The notes under the pieces were generated by a model. It was not told the DNA's origin, did not search any database, and saw nothing but the letters and a program-made list of their open reading frames with translations. Shown here one piece after another: positions 36,101 through 47,510 of a stretch of 64,000 bases of DNA. A program made the position numbers and the translations under genes. Position 1 is the first letter of the stretch; each line of letters starts with the position of its first letter. Origin of the DNA: Tubulanus polymorphus (lineage: Eukaryota; Animalia; Nemertea); NCBI RefSeq assembly GCF_964204645.1, contig NC_134029.1:11310850-11374849 (forward strand), in the 5' to 3' direction.

Positions 36101-38231
36101 CTAATAGTTTAAAATCATATTTTCTTACATTTGCTTCATTCATAGCATTATATTCTTCTATTTCTTGATTAATTGCACCCAATTTTCCTGATAATTGTTT
36201 TATAAATAGATGGGTATCATATCCTGATAAATTATGAAATAATATTGGTACAAAATTTACTTTTTTAGCTTGTAAATTGCAATCTTCATGAGCAGCTCCA
36301 CGATATTTTGAATTTAAATGATTATGATCTCTAACTCTTTTATCAAATGAATAAAAACGTTTTTCACAATAACAACAATGAGTTGCATAATTAAAATCAA
36401 TTTCATCTTCTTTTGTCATAACTATTCTTTTATTTTTGTTTAATAATTTTGTAAAATCACTTTCTAATTCAATCATTTTATCACAAAAATCATAAACTAC
36501 ATTTTCACCTCTAAAAGAAATATATTGACTTTCATATAATTCGGGATAATTTGATTTTATGTAAATTCCATAAGCAGCAGCTCTTTGATGAACTTTTTAA
36601 ATTGTATTTATAATTGGTGGGTCTTGTATTGCGTCTTCATTTAATTCATTTCCTTTATCCATTGATTTTAATAATTGCTTTTTGTTATATATTTCTTTTC
36701 TATCTTGATCAGTTAATTCTTTATTCAACGATTCAAAATCCCCATAAATTATAAATGGAACAATATTTTTAAATTTATGATTAGTAAATTTCAATTTATA
36801 ATCTTTTTCTGTTGGCATTATCAATTTACAAAAATCTTTATTATCACATAATTCTTTATGTTTTAGTAATGTATTCTCAGTCATAAATTTAGATAAACAT
36901 TTTCTACATAGATAAATTTTACGATGATGATCACTTTCTGTTCTAAAGAATAAATCAATTTGTTTTAACCACATATAATGTTCATTTTCATCTTTTTTAT
37001 AATATAACAAATCTATAGCATTTTCATCATCATAATATTCTGTTAAATATAAAGCTTCCAATGTATAATCTTTAATATTTTCACCTTTTGTCTTTGGTAA
37101 TTGCATTAATTCGAATACATTTATTTTTAAATTATTAATTTTTTCTATTTTAGGAATCATTTTTATAGTTACTGGATATTGATCAATTTTATATAATGTT
37201 TCATATTTCCGGTAATTTGTTATTCTAAAACTATGCGTCATATCTTCTGTTTGGTGTAAACAGCTAATAATTGACCATAGAAAACATTTATTATCTTCAT
37301 TTTGAATATTTATTACTGCTTTTGTTGTAAACGGTAATTTGATATAACTTGATGCTTTCATATCCTTTTCTGTTGTAAAGTTTGAATCATTTTTAAACAT
37401 TTTATTACTTTTTGATGTTTTATTCCTTTTTGTATTATAAACATTTAAATCTAAATATATAATTTCATTCAATGTTAAGCCAGAACCCTCAAAATATCTT
37501 TCTTCAATATGACGTTTAAATTCATTTAATATTTTTTCTAACTTCTCTTTTATTTGTGTTTTTGAAATTATTTCTTCAGAGTGTGTTTGAATATTATAAT
37601 TCATTTTTTCTTCTGACTTTATAAAACTTACTTTCCCAGAGATACTAATTTTTGGATATTCAACATCTGTTATCAAATCTAGTATTTTTTCTATTATTTC
37701 ATTAAATTTACTATAATCTTCTATTGTTGTACCTTTAAAAAATCTAAATATAATAGCTGCAGGACCAATTTTACTATGTAATGTTTCTAAGATTTCAATT
37801 GTATCTTTTATTTCTAGTGAATCAATATAATTTCTAACATTTTCCATGTAAGGTTTATTTGAAATGGATTTAGTTTTTGAAGTTGATTCTTTTACTTGTT
37901 GAGGTTTATCATCAAAATAATCTATTCCTAAAACATTATTTCTCAAATTTTGACGGTGTTTTTCTGTTTCGAGATGTCTATTATAATTCCTTTTTGTTAT
38001 AAATTCATCACAAACTTCACATTTTATTTCATTCACATTCATATTTTCTAATCGTTCTTTTCTTTCATTGGAATTTTCTGTAGTTTCAAAATCTATTACA
38101 TTTTTTATATGATTTGCAGTTTTTTCATGTCGTGTTTTATTAGATGTATCGATGTATTTTTTACAATATTGACAATAATATTGATTTTTATTGACATTAT
38201 TGTTTTCTAGTTGGTGTTCATTCTCCCCCAT
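33162..38231 (-). pseudogene. polB: Protein-primed PolB (ZnF, terminal-protein/OTU-like region, exonuclease with HNH insert, polymerase with intein); one in-frame TAA at 36597-36599
   Basis: Both ORFs share a frame with 40 open codons between; YGDFES, HNLSGYD, DANNLYG, KLMNNSFYGK, YFD[intein]TD. Confidence 0.93.
33618..34682 (-). mobile_element. Intein with LAGLIDADG homing endonuclease (355 aa)
   Basis: Starts SVTADTP; block B VTEDHSL; FIKGFFMGDG and FFIGFYAADG; block F YVYDLST; ends QKN before +1 Thr; absent from A and C alleles. Confidence 0.95.
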
Positions 38232-38347
38232 TTATTAGGAAAAAAAATTACTTGTGGTGATGAGTGTTAGGAAAAAAATTACTTGTGGTGATGAGTGGTG
38301 TCTCGTCCTCTCGTCCTCTGGTATGAAACCCACATATTCTAATTACT
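38227..38347 (-). repeat. Right TIR of B
   Basis: Reverse complement of 21797-21917; includes the pPolB ATG. Confidence 0.93.
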
Positions 38348-41213
38348 TTTGGTGAGTGAGCAGGGGTGAAGTAAAAGTGTAAGATGAACGTTACATTCCG
38401 TAACCGTTATAATTACATGAAGTACGGACCGCTACCGCGGGTTAAGTTGAAATATTGCGGATAACTCGATCTGTGTATAAAAATCATTCCCGTCTGGATT
38501 TAATAGCTGTTTGTTTGTCTTATTCGAGAAATATGTAATCGTCATATCGTCAGATTCAGTTGAAATGAATTATAGAGCTTCCAGTGCGGAAAGTAGTTGT
38601 TTCTTTCCATATTTAAATTAATTGAATTATTCGATTTGGTGTGGCGTTTTCGTAAGATCGTGTTTTGGACACTACGTTTTACATGGCAGCAAATTGAATT
38701 TACGACTCCGAATTTAGATTCGTGTGAATTAACGGACATAATGGCGTTCGGAAACGAAGTGATTCTGCGATCATAGCGCGATAAATGAAAAACAGTGGAG
38801 TATTAGAGGCATTATACAAACGCATTTCATCATCGGACAGTTCATAGATCTGCTACGGGAAATCGACCTTGGAGACGTTCAACGGACTACGATTGCGGCT
38901 TATAGTAATTGTAAATAATATGATATGTATTTCTGCATGTTTTGATTGCTTTTGTAGAATGATACTCAGCGTTTTTAAGTTGCTTGTGTGCTGGGTTATT
39001 GTATCTACGTAGATATAAATATGCACTACGTAAATCTTTTATAGTTTGCTAAATTTGCTGGATGGTATTTCGCGAAAGAATGATTTATTAGTCTAGGTAA
39101 GCCACTCGGTTATCAGTGTAACGATAGTTGAAAGCGCTCACTGCCTGTATATACCTAACAAATAACTGTGGTGTTTATGTGGTTTTAAGAAATATAATGA
39201 GTATCGCGAGTTAGTATAGAATATGTTTATTGTGCAAAGGTTAGATTGGGCGCTCAGTGGTGAATCTTACCGGAGGGGGGTTTGAATAGAGTAGTTTATA
39301 TGAGATGAATTAAGGTGGACCAGGGACCTGGATGAAGAGTAAGGGATGCTCTAGGGATGGTCCGGAATAAAACGGGGGATTATAGCCCGAAGGATTAATT
39401 CTGAAGATCCTTTGAAACAGTATAATGTTTAATGGCTAGCCTCTGGGAAAGATTGGATATATATGTTGGACATTATTAGGGTCGAATATCAAGAAATACC
39501 AAATGGGTGATTCGTCGGCCGGTTCCCTATTTATCCATTGATTTTATTTTACTCCGGTAAGGCGTGACATGGGGGATGATACGGAAATGAGAAATGTCAC
39601 GATACAGCTATTTGTTAGGTATGCTGAAATGGCCATTCAGGGGATTGGTTTTTTAGAAGTAAAGGGTTGCTCATTGCGTAATACAATAAGTATGATAAGT
39701 ATTATTCGGTAGATTGGGTATCTTAACTGAATGGTCGTAGATTGCAGGGATGTGTGAGCGCTATGTTTTTTTCCGAACTTTCAGTCCGTCTTGACCGGTT
39801 TATATACAGGATGAGGCGTCGGCCGTTTTACATGTGGGGTTATATCCCCTGATTTGCGGGAAGGAATTAGAACAATTCGAATATCAGATGTGGGTGGTTT
39901 GGAAGACCATAGGCCCAGGAGTTAAAGTTAATTTTTGAGAATCGGCTGTTTGAATGGCACTGAATGAGTAGTGTCCAGAGGAATTTTCCCTAACTTTTGG
40001 GTGATGCATCTTAATGAGTTTTTGGTCACTTTATGACATCCTTCCATAAATATATGGCGGCCTGCCTGTCTATTTCAACGGTTCCAAGCCGCAAATAGCA
40101 GTTCATGTTATCCCTGCCTAGACTACGGATAAATGTGCTTTCTGAGGCAATGGGTGGGGACTAGCAGCTGACATCTCAATAATGCGAATGTACGCATGCG
40201 GTATATTCATTTTTGGTATGTTTTGGCTTACCTTTATGTTACGTACACATAGAAAAATTATTATGAAATTGTTTGTGAATTCATTGTTGAGCATGTCTGT
40301 TGCCAACGTGTGCTGGGCACATAATAATCAACTAAATGATGTATCTGGCATCTGTATTAATTTACGTCGTTGATTGGGGTCGGGACAGGTTTGACAAATC
40401 ATCTGATATCGGTTAAGGTAACGGCTGATAGTTTGGACAGTGGGAAATTGACATGTTTGCAATGGTAATTTTAAAGACAAATTAGGCTGCACACACTGAT
40501 TTTTTTTTGGTAAAGATAACGAGAACGAGAAGAGTCAGAAAGTTGAAGTGGTTGGTCATATATTGTTAAATTATTAGACTACATAAATGTGGATATAGAG
40601 AAATGGGTGATTGTCTATGAAAGCTATTTGGGAAATTGTGTTTGATATGTTTTTTTTGCATGACTACAATTGTATAGGCTTGTTCTCATTAAATGTAAGA
40701 TCAATATACAGATGTACATGCCTCATAATTGTTATATATTACTGATGAAAAGAGTCTCATATTTGATATTTTTAGATGATTGCTTTCCCTTAGATAAAGT
40801 TCGTGTGTTAAGTTCATAAGTATTTAGAAATTTTTTTGGCTTACCGTAAAATTCTATGGGGTCCATGTAGGTTTCGTTGATGAATAAGATGAAGTGATGA
40901 TGTGTGGGGTGTGTTGCTTAGTTTAGGTAGAAGTTATGCGCGATTGGATAATAAGGGGAAAGGGTCAGACATTGTGATTGATGGCTACTTTACAGGTGTT
41001 GTAAATTGATGTACGGAATGGTGGTTGTGTATCATTAGTCTTGATGTTCTGAAGGTTTTGTGTAATTTTCATTACCCTGCGGCTGGCTTTAAGTTGTAAG
41101 AGATGTTGCTTATAAATGATGTTCTGAAGCCTGTGCACTTTTGAAAAGATCTTTTTTTTTGGGAAACTACAATAGGGTCTTGTGACTTTTTGGCGATTGG
41201 GGACCAATCGTCT

Positions 41214-41227
41214 GGGGAGGAGGATAG
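41214..41227 (+). promoter_or_regulatory. Polypurine tract
   Basis: GGGGAGGAGGATAG immediately before the 3' LTR. Confidence 0.7.
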
Positions 41228-41386
41228 TATTGGGGTGATAAATTAGTAGTTTGCATAGAGGGAGGGAAGCCAGAGTTCAGGGCAGTGGCTGAAGTTAGTA
41301 AATAACCTACGTAGATGCTTACGTCGCACATAAGACACTGAATAGAAGATAGGTGAAAGTGACGTGAGTATCTGCGTAGGGTTGCT
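41228..41386 (+). repeat. 3' LTR, left part
   Basis: Matches 21194-21352; interrupted after GTTGCT by element C. Confidence 0.88.
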
Positions 41387-41986
41387 AGTAGTAATAGGGG
41401 TAATGGGCTTTCATACCAAAGGTCGAAAGGTCGAGCTCATTAAAAAACAAATATTAAAAGTAATTAAAAACTATAATATATTTTCATAACCGCGTGCATT
41501 TTATATTAAAACTAAATATTTATTCTAAGATATCAATAATTTAAAAAGCATATTGTAAATAAATCAATTGGTCGCTCCACTTCGCTCCGCTCCGCTCCGC
41601 GACCAATTGATTTATTTACAATACACAAATTCATATAATCAAATATATTCAAATAATAATAATTATTCTATTATTCAACTGAAATGCACGCGGTTATGAA
41701 AATATATTATAGTTTTTAATTACTTTTAATATTTGTTTTTAATGAGCTCGACCATTCAACCTTTGATATGAAAGCCCATTACCCCTATTACTCTTAAAAT
41801 AATCATGTACATGAATAACATTTAAATCATTGAACTTCTAAAATCAATTTTAATAAAAAATTTAGTATTAAAATGGAAGCAAATAAGTACTACTGTCCAA
41901 CATGTAATATCAATGTAGATAAATCCCAAAAAGCAAGACACAATAAAACTAAAACACATTTAGAGAATAAATTGAAACTAGAATAT
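41387..41986 (+). repeat. Left TIR of C including a ~400-bp fold-back (41390-41792)
   Basis: 41390-41510 pairs with ~41681-41792; ~41551-41576 pairs with ~41600-41623; (GCTCC)n loop. Confidence 0.88.
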
Positions 41987-42124
41987 TTACAGTTATATTC
42001 AGAACAGTTAACAAAGGGAAAGAAATTTATTGAATTATGGAATAATGATCCAAATAATGAACAATACGTTGAGGAATTTGATATCAAGGAATCGAAACAA
42101 CTTATCAAAAGCAGCGAGGAATGA
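41873..42124 (+). CDS. 83-aa chimeric ORF: first 38 codons of pPolB (Zn finger) plus unique tail
   Basis: MEANKYYCPTC...KLKLEY identical to the N-terminus of 54532-58569. Confidence 0.55.
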   Translation: MEANKYYCPTCNINVDKSQKARHNKTKTHLENKLKLEYLQLYSEQLTKGKKFIELWNNDPNNEQYVEEFDIKESKQLIKSSEE

Positions 42125-42203
42125 AAAAGGATGACGTTGGTCGAAGAAATGGAAGAGGATTCTAAAATTATTAACCAATTTAGTAAAAAAACACGTATAA
42201 TAA

Positions 42204-42851
42204 ATGGAACCAGAACAACCACAAATTATCAATATTACAAATAACACTGGCGTTATAAACATATACTACAAGAAGTGTTCTAAATGTGAATTAGATAAAT
42301 CATTAACAGAATTTAGTAAGCGTAAGATTAGCAAAGATGGTTTTCAATATTGCTGTAAAACTTGTTTTAAACTATACACCAAACAATACCGAGAAGATAA
42401 TATAGAACATTATAATTATTATATGGCAGAATATATGAGAGAAAGATATCAAACAGATCTTAATTTTAGATTGAAACGGTGTTTAAGATCTAGATTAACA
42501 CAATTATTCAACAAAGAAACGCATTCAAAAACACTATCTAATTTATTGGGTTGTTCAGATGAATTCTTAAAATCATGGATAATATATCAATTCGACGATA
42601 AAATGAATGTAGATAATTATGGTGAATACTTTCATATTGATCATGTGTTGCCGATTTCTAAATTTGACATAAATGATGAATACAATAAAAAACTTATTTG
42701 GGGTTGGAGAAATTTAAGGCCTCTTGAAAAGAAAGAAAATATAATTAAATCTAATAAACTAGATATACAGTTATATTTAGATCAACTGGATAAAGCAAAG
42801 ACATTTGTTGAATTATGGAATTCAACACATAATGAAAACGTTGAAGCTTAA
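42204..42851 (+). CDS. HNH endonuclease of the type common in large DNA viruses
   Basis: N-terminal CxxC...CxxC; FHIDHVLP...NLRPL...EN..KSN. Confidence 0.8.
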   Translation: MEPEQPQIINITNNTGVINIYYKKCSKCELDKSLTEFSKRKISKDGFQYCCKTCFKLYTKQYREDNIEHYNYYMAEYMRERYQTDLNFRLKRCLRSRLTQLFNKETHSKTLSNLLGCSDEFLKSWIIYQFDDKMNVDNYGEYFHIDHVLPISKFDINDEYNKKLIWGWRNLRPLEKKENIIKSNKLDIQLYLDQLDKAKTFVELWNSTHNENVEA

Positions 42852-43272
42852 GTGCTTAGAAAACCGGTTACTCTCGATCTATGTCAAACCGCCTATATTT
42901 AATTGTATTAGGTTGTTTACAAAAACATCTGTGCCGTATTTCATATTCAGTTGAATGGGGCGCACCTCATTTGAATATTGATCGAATGTGCTATTTCAGT
43001 TGAAAAGGATTAATCAATTACATCACAAAGGAACATCTGTTACAATCCAGGCAAACATGCAGAAGTAATTAGTTTGGTCGAACGTGCGCCACGTCGGCAG
43101 TTAGAAATCAACTTTCACATACATAGTACGTATTAGATATTCTCTCTCAAAACACAGTTTACAGTTCTAAATCTAAATGTAAGTACCGTTTTTTGTAGTT
43201 ATTATGAAGTAGGGAAACCTTTAAACATATTTAAGTACAGTAATTCATTTTCACGATATCTTTTAGATTAAA

Positions 43273-44001
43273 ATGGAACACAAAGATCAACCAGAAATTC
43301 TAAGCCAACCAACGGATGAGGAACGATTGCTACTGGATAGTGAAACTCAGGAATCAATAGAAATGGAGGATGAAACTCTCGTAATTGACGAACAAACTTC
43401 ACAAAAATTACAAGAACATTTGGACTATCATCAAGAAATGGTGAAAATTCTGAGTGATGTAATATATAATAAACAATTACCGCGCGAACTACAATTACCA
43501 AAATTACCAGCAACGCGACTCCAATTGCTGTTGGGGCTCAAAGAATCGAAAACTAAGAAAATGAGTGGAGAAGAGTTGAACGAGTTTTTAAAATCTAAAT
43601 TAATCATTGACACAGAACATTTAAACTTTCCGGAAATACAAAGTGTAGAAGTTATTTCATTTGCTGAAATTACTGATATCTTAAAAAAAAGTTATAAAAC
43701 CATATTAAATAGAAAAGCAAATCACCTATGGGACCACATCATTTTCGGGGGTTATCTAAATATAGGGTTTTCAATGTTTGATAAAGAAACTGAGGGGATT
43801 TCTTGGGGACTGTGGGTTAAAAAGAACATAGATATCAGTGCCGGTTTTGAAAGAAAACTGAGAAGAGTAGGTAGATTAATAAAATATGAAAAATTCAAAA
43901 TATTAGGATTAGCATTTAGTGAAGTAGTAAGACATTTACCAGAAATTGAAGAAATGATTGGAAACAATCCAGTAATTAAAGAATTCTGGACAAAATTATA
44001 A
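43273..44001 (+). CDS. Hypothetical protein, acidic N-terminus
   Basis: 242-aa open frame; no family recognised. Confidence 0.65.
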   Translation: MEHKDQPEILSQPTDEERLLLDSETQESIEMEDETLVIDEQTSQKLQEHLDYHQEMVKILSDVIYNKQLPRELQLPKLPATRLQLLLGLKESKTKKMSGEELNEFLKSKLIIDTEHLNFPEIQSVEVISFAEITDILKKSYKTILNRKANHLWDHIIFGGYLNIGFSMFDKETEGISWGLWVKKNIDISAGFERKLRRVGRLIKYEKFKILGLAFSEVVRHLPEIEEMIGNNPVIKEFWTKL

Positions 44002-44066
44002 ATTATAATACTGAAGGTCTTAGATATCAAAAATGTAATCTCGATTGTATATATCTGTTTTAATAT

Positions 44067-44422
44067 TGTATTGTTTACTGTTAACTGTGTATTGCGCAAT
44101 AACCGGTCCGATTGGACCGCTTTTCTATTGTTCTCCATTGTTCTATTATTGATCGTTGTTAATGGCGGCGGTTGCTCCGTATTGATTGTTTACTGTTAAC
44201 TGTGTATTGCGCAATAACCGGTCCGATTGGACCGCATTTCTATTGTTCTCCATTGTTCTATTATTGATCGTTGTTGACGGAAACAGCTGCTCAATATTGA
44301 TTGGTTACATTTCTATGTTTGAATGGTGTAGTTTACAGAATAAAAATATAACTGTGTATTGCGCAATAACCGGTCCGATTGGACCGCATTTCTATTGTTC
44401 TCCATTGTTCTATTATTGATCG
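44067..44422. repeat. Three-copy repeat with palindromes
   Basis: TAACTGTGTATTGCGCAATAACCGGTCCGATTGGACCGC..TTCTATTGTTCTCCATTGTTCTATTATTGATCG x3. Confidence 0.85.
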
Positions 44423-44831
44423 CTAAAATTTGTATAATAAATATATGTGTTTATGAAATAATATTTCCACCAGTCGTTTCTTTGAATTTATTTTCAGTTT
44501 GAGGATTTATTATCGAGGATCCGAAATGACTTATCTGGACAGTTTTAATTACTGCTCCTAATAGATAGACAATAGTAGTGAGATATTAAATCCTAATTTA
44601 AATAAAATATAATAAAAAAATAACTTCAACTAGCTAGTGAATTCTATTATATTTTTCAATATTTTCTTTTGGTAATTCAAATTGACATTAGATTGAATAG
44701 ATTTTGAATAGATTTGAATAGAAATTCTTTAACTTTATTTAACCTAGTCAATTTAGTATTAACCTAAAGAGATACTAGTATCATTTGAAGAATACTTATA
44801 ATATTTTTTTTGCTTTTTTCCTCTAATATAA

Positions 44832-45434
44832 ATGTCAAAGAAATCGAGTAAGAATAATATTGATATTGAAAAGACATTAGATGATTTGGGTATTAGTGAT
44901 AATAAAGATACAGTTGTTTCTAATTCTATTCAAGTTAATAACAATATAGATTATGAATACTATTTATATTGTAAGCATCATATAGAACTATTGATTGCCG
45001 GTGGAAAAACTAATGAGTTTTTAAATAGAATCATTGCTTTTCAAGAACTAAACTCTATGAAACCCGATAAAGTAATAAAATATTTTAAGATTTATGAAGA
45101 AGCTCGATTAGCTAGAATAAATGATTCTATTTCAGATGGTATTGTCAAATGTTATTCTAAGTTATGTAACCAGTTAATACCAATTGATGATGAAAATAAA
45201 TTATATAGTGATTTGAAAAATGACTACTTAGTTATGACTGAATTACAAAAATGGGTCGGTTATGCTTCATTTCAATTAGGATCGGTTATGACATTAATTT
45301 CTACTGGCGTCATAACATTTTCGAACATCAAACCTATGGAATATAAATCAGGTAAGAACGAAACAGATGTACTACAACCAAACGTCGAAACAGAAAATGA
45401 ATCAGAACAAAAATTAAGTAAAATAAATGAGTGA
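44832..45434 (+). CDS. Conserved hypothetical protein
   Basis: Homolog of 22720-23325. Confidence 0.75.
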   Translation: MSKKSSKNNIDIEKTLDDLGISDNKDTVVSNSIQVNNNIDYEYYLYCKHHIELLIAGGKTNEFLNRIIAFQELNSMKPDKVIKYFKIYEEARLARINDSISDGIVKCYSKLCNQLIPIDDENKLYSDLKNDYLVMTELQKWVGYASFQLGSVMTLISTGVITFSNIKPMEYKSGKNETDVLQPNVETENESEQKLSKINE

Positions 45435-45795
45435 TGGAGTTAAGAAAAAGACTAGATCCGAGAAACAAATTAAATGGGCAAGAGAATTAGGTAAAAGATC
45501 TTCAGAATTAAAAAAAGCTAAGAAAAAGAAATTAACTGACATAAATGAATCACAGACTTTATCTGATATTGATTCAAATAATAATCCATCTGATTCTTCT
45601 AATGCTGGAAGTAATTATAAATTATATATTACAATTGGATTAGTAACAGTTATTATATTATCCGGTGTAATATATAAATCAAAATTCAAATCTGATGATA
45701 AATATGATTCCAATGATGATAAACCTATCATACCAGAAAATAAGTCAAATCATAAAGCCATTGAAACTAAATCTAAATTATTATTAATGGATTAA
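45427..45795 (+). CDS. Basic single-TM protein
   Basis: Homolog of 22419-22787. Confidence 0.75.
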   Translation: MSDGVKKKTRSEKQIKWARELGKRSSELKKAKKKKLTDINESQTLSDIDSNNNPSDSSNAGSNYKLYITIGLVTVIILSGVIYKSKFKSDDKYDSNDDKPIIPENKSNHKAIETKSKLLLMD

Positions 45796-45801
45796 AATAA
45801 G

Positions 45802-46887
45802 ATGAAAAAAGAACAATATTTAAGAGATTTATATTATAACCCAGAAAGTGAAGTATCATATTCTAACGTTTCAGAATTATGGAATAAAATTAAATCTGAT
45901 AATGGTGGTATAAAATATAGTGAATTGAAATCATGGTTACAAAATCAACCAACATATCAAATCCACAAGAAAATGGATAAAACTTATTTAACAAGAAAAG
46001 TTATGGTTTCATATATCGATCAACAATGGCAAGCAGATTTAATTGACATGAAGAACTTAGAAGAATACAACAAAGGATATTTCTGGATACTGAATGTTAT
46101 AGACATATTCAGTAGATACGCATGGTCAATTCCAATCAAAAATAAAACTGGAATAGAAGTAACAAATGCTTTTAAATCTATATTTAAAGAAGCGATTCCA
46201 GATAAGATACAATTTGATGAAGGTTAGGAATTTTATAACAAACATTTTAAAAAACTATTATCTGATAACGATATAGAATATTTTTCAACACACTCAGATA
46301 AAAAAGCATCTATTATAGAAAGCTTTAATAAAACATTGAAAACTAGAATGTGGAAATATTTTACTGCTAATGAAACATATAAATATATCGATGTGTTAGA
46401 TGATTTAGTGAAAGGTTATAATAATTCTAAACATAGTTCTATAAATATGAAACCAATACAAGCTAGAAAAGAAGATAATTCGGAAATAGTTTGGAATAAT
46501 TTATATGGAGCGTTTGTAACACATGATTTCGGTGAACCTAAATTCAAAATTGGACAACACGTAAGAATATCTAAATATAGAAAAACCTTTTATAAAGGTT
46601 ATACTCCAAATTTTACTGAAGAAATATTCAAGATTAAAAAGATAATATTAACTAAACCTTTTGTTTATAAATTAGAAGATTTAAAAGATGAAGAAATATT
46701 AGGTTATTTCTATGAACAAGAATTATCACTTGTACCAAACCCAGATGAAATAGAATACAAAATAGAAAAAGTATTGAAAACAAAAACTCTTAAAGGAAAA
46801 AAGTATTCTTTGGTGAAATATAAAGGATATGATGATAAATTTAATGAATGGATTTTATCTAGTAAAATTAAAAGAATAAATGAATAA
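45802..46887 (+). pseudogene. int: DDE integrase with chromodomain; one in-frame TAG
   Basis: WQADLIDM; IQFDEG*EFYNK at 46225-46227; LVKYKGYDDKFNEWI. Confidence 0.9.
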
Positions 46888-47491
46888 AGATTTATTTATA
46901 TTTGAACCGCATAATATGTTAATAACTGGAGTAACCAATTGTGGTAAAACACATTTCATATTAGACTTGTTAGAAACTATTTATAAGAATCATTTTGATA
47001 ATATAATATTATTTTGTCCTACTTATGAAATGAATAAAACATATAATAGAGATATAGTTAAGATGAAAAAGTTTATTATATTAAATCCTAAAACAGTAAA
47101 AGGAAATTTAGATAATTGTATAAAAATAGCAATTGATACTTATAAAGGATCAAATACATTATTCATTATAGATGATTGCGCAAATTTACATGATTCAAAA
47201 GTGAGAGAAAGTGAGTTATGTTATTTAGCTTTCTCCGGGAGACATTTTGGGATAACAGCTTGGGTTTTAAATCAAAAATATAATTCAATTGTTAAAGACT
47301 TTAGAGAAAACATTAGATTTCTAGTTTTATTTTATAACAAAGATAAAAAATCTATGCAACAATCATTGGAAGAAAATCAAATTATACCTACTGAATTACA
47401 TGATGAATATATGAATAAATTAAAGAATAATAAAGGTTCAAAATTATTACTGAGACTACAATTTCCCTATGAATATAAATTTATAAAATAA
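46880..47491 (+). CDS. DNA packaging ATPase (A32-like)
   Basis: GVTNCGKT, FIIDD, GRH. Confidence 0.92.
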   Translation: MNKDLFIFEPHNMLITGVTNCGKTHFILDLLETIYKNHFDNIILFCPTYEMNKTYNRDIVKMKKFIILNPKTVKGNLDNCIKIAIDTYKGSNTLFIIDDCANLHDSKVRESELCYLAFSGRHFGITAWVLNQKYNSIVKDFRENIRFLVLFYNKDKKSMQQSLEENQIIPTELHDEYMNKLKNNKGSKLLLRLQFPYEYKFIK

Positions 47492-47510
47492 CTATTTATA
47501 TGACTATGTA

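Larger units (their letters stand above)
21797..38347. mobile_element. Complete Polinton/Maverick-like element B (16,551 bp)
   Basis: Identical 121-bp TIRs starting AGTAATTAG; perfect 6-bp TSD TTTGGT (21791-21796, 38348-38353); pPolB, integrase, ATPase, MCP, penton. Confidence 0.96.

Noticed and set aside
36590-36605. Programmed -1 frameshift at TTTAAAA
   Set aside because: Upstream and downstream pPolB parts are in the same frame and the heptamer is not in slippery phase
38255-38335. Hammerhead-ribozyme-like words (TGATGAG...GAAAC) in the B TIR
   Set aside because: Core reads GTGATGA, not CTGATGA, and no stem II pairing is evident
38354-41213. gag/pol of the LTR element
   Set aside because: Only short ORFs with no RT, RNase H, integrase or zinc-knuckle motifs recognisable
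44067-44422. Possible CRISPR array
   Set aside because: Units are ~75-115 bp tandem copies without unique equal-length spacers; no cas genes; eukaryotic context
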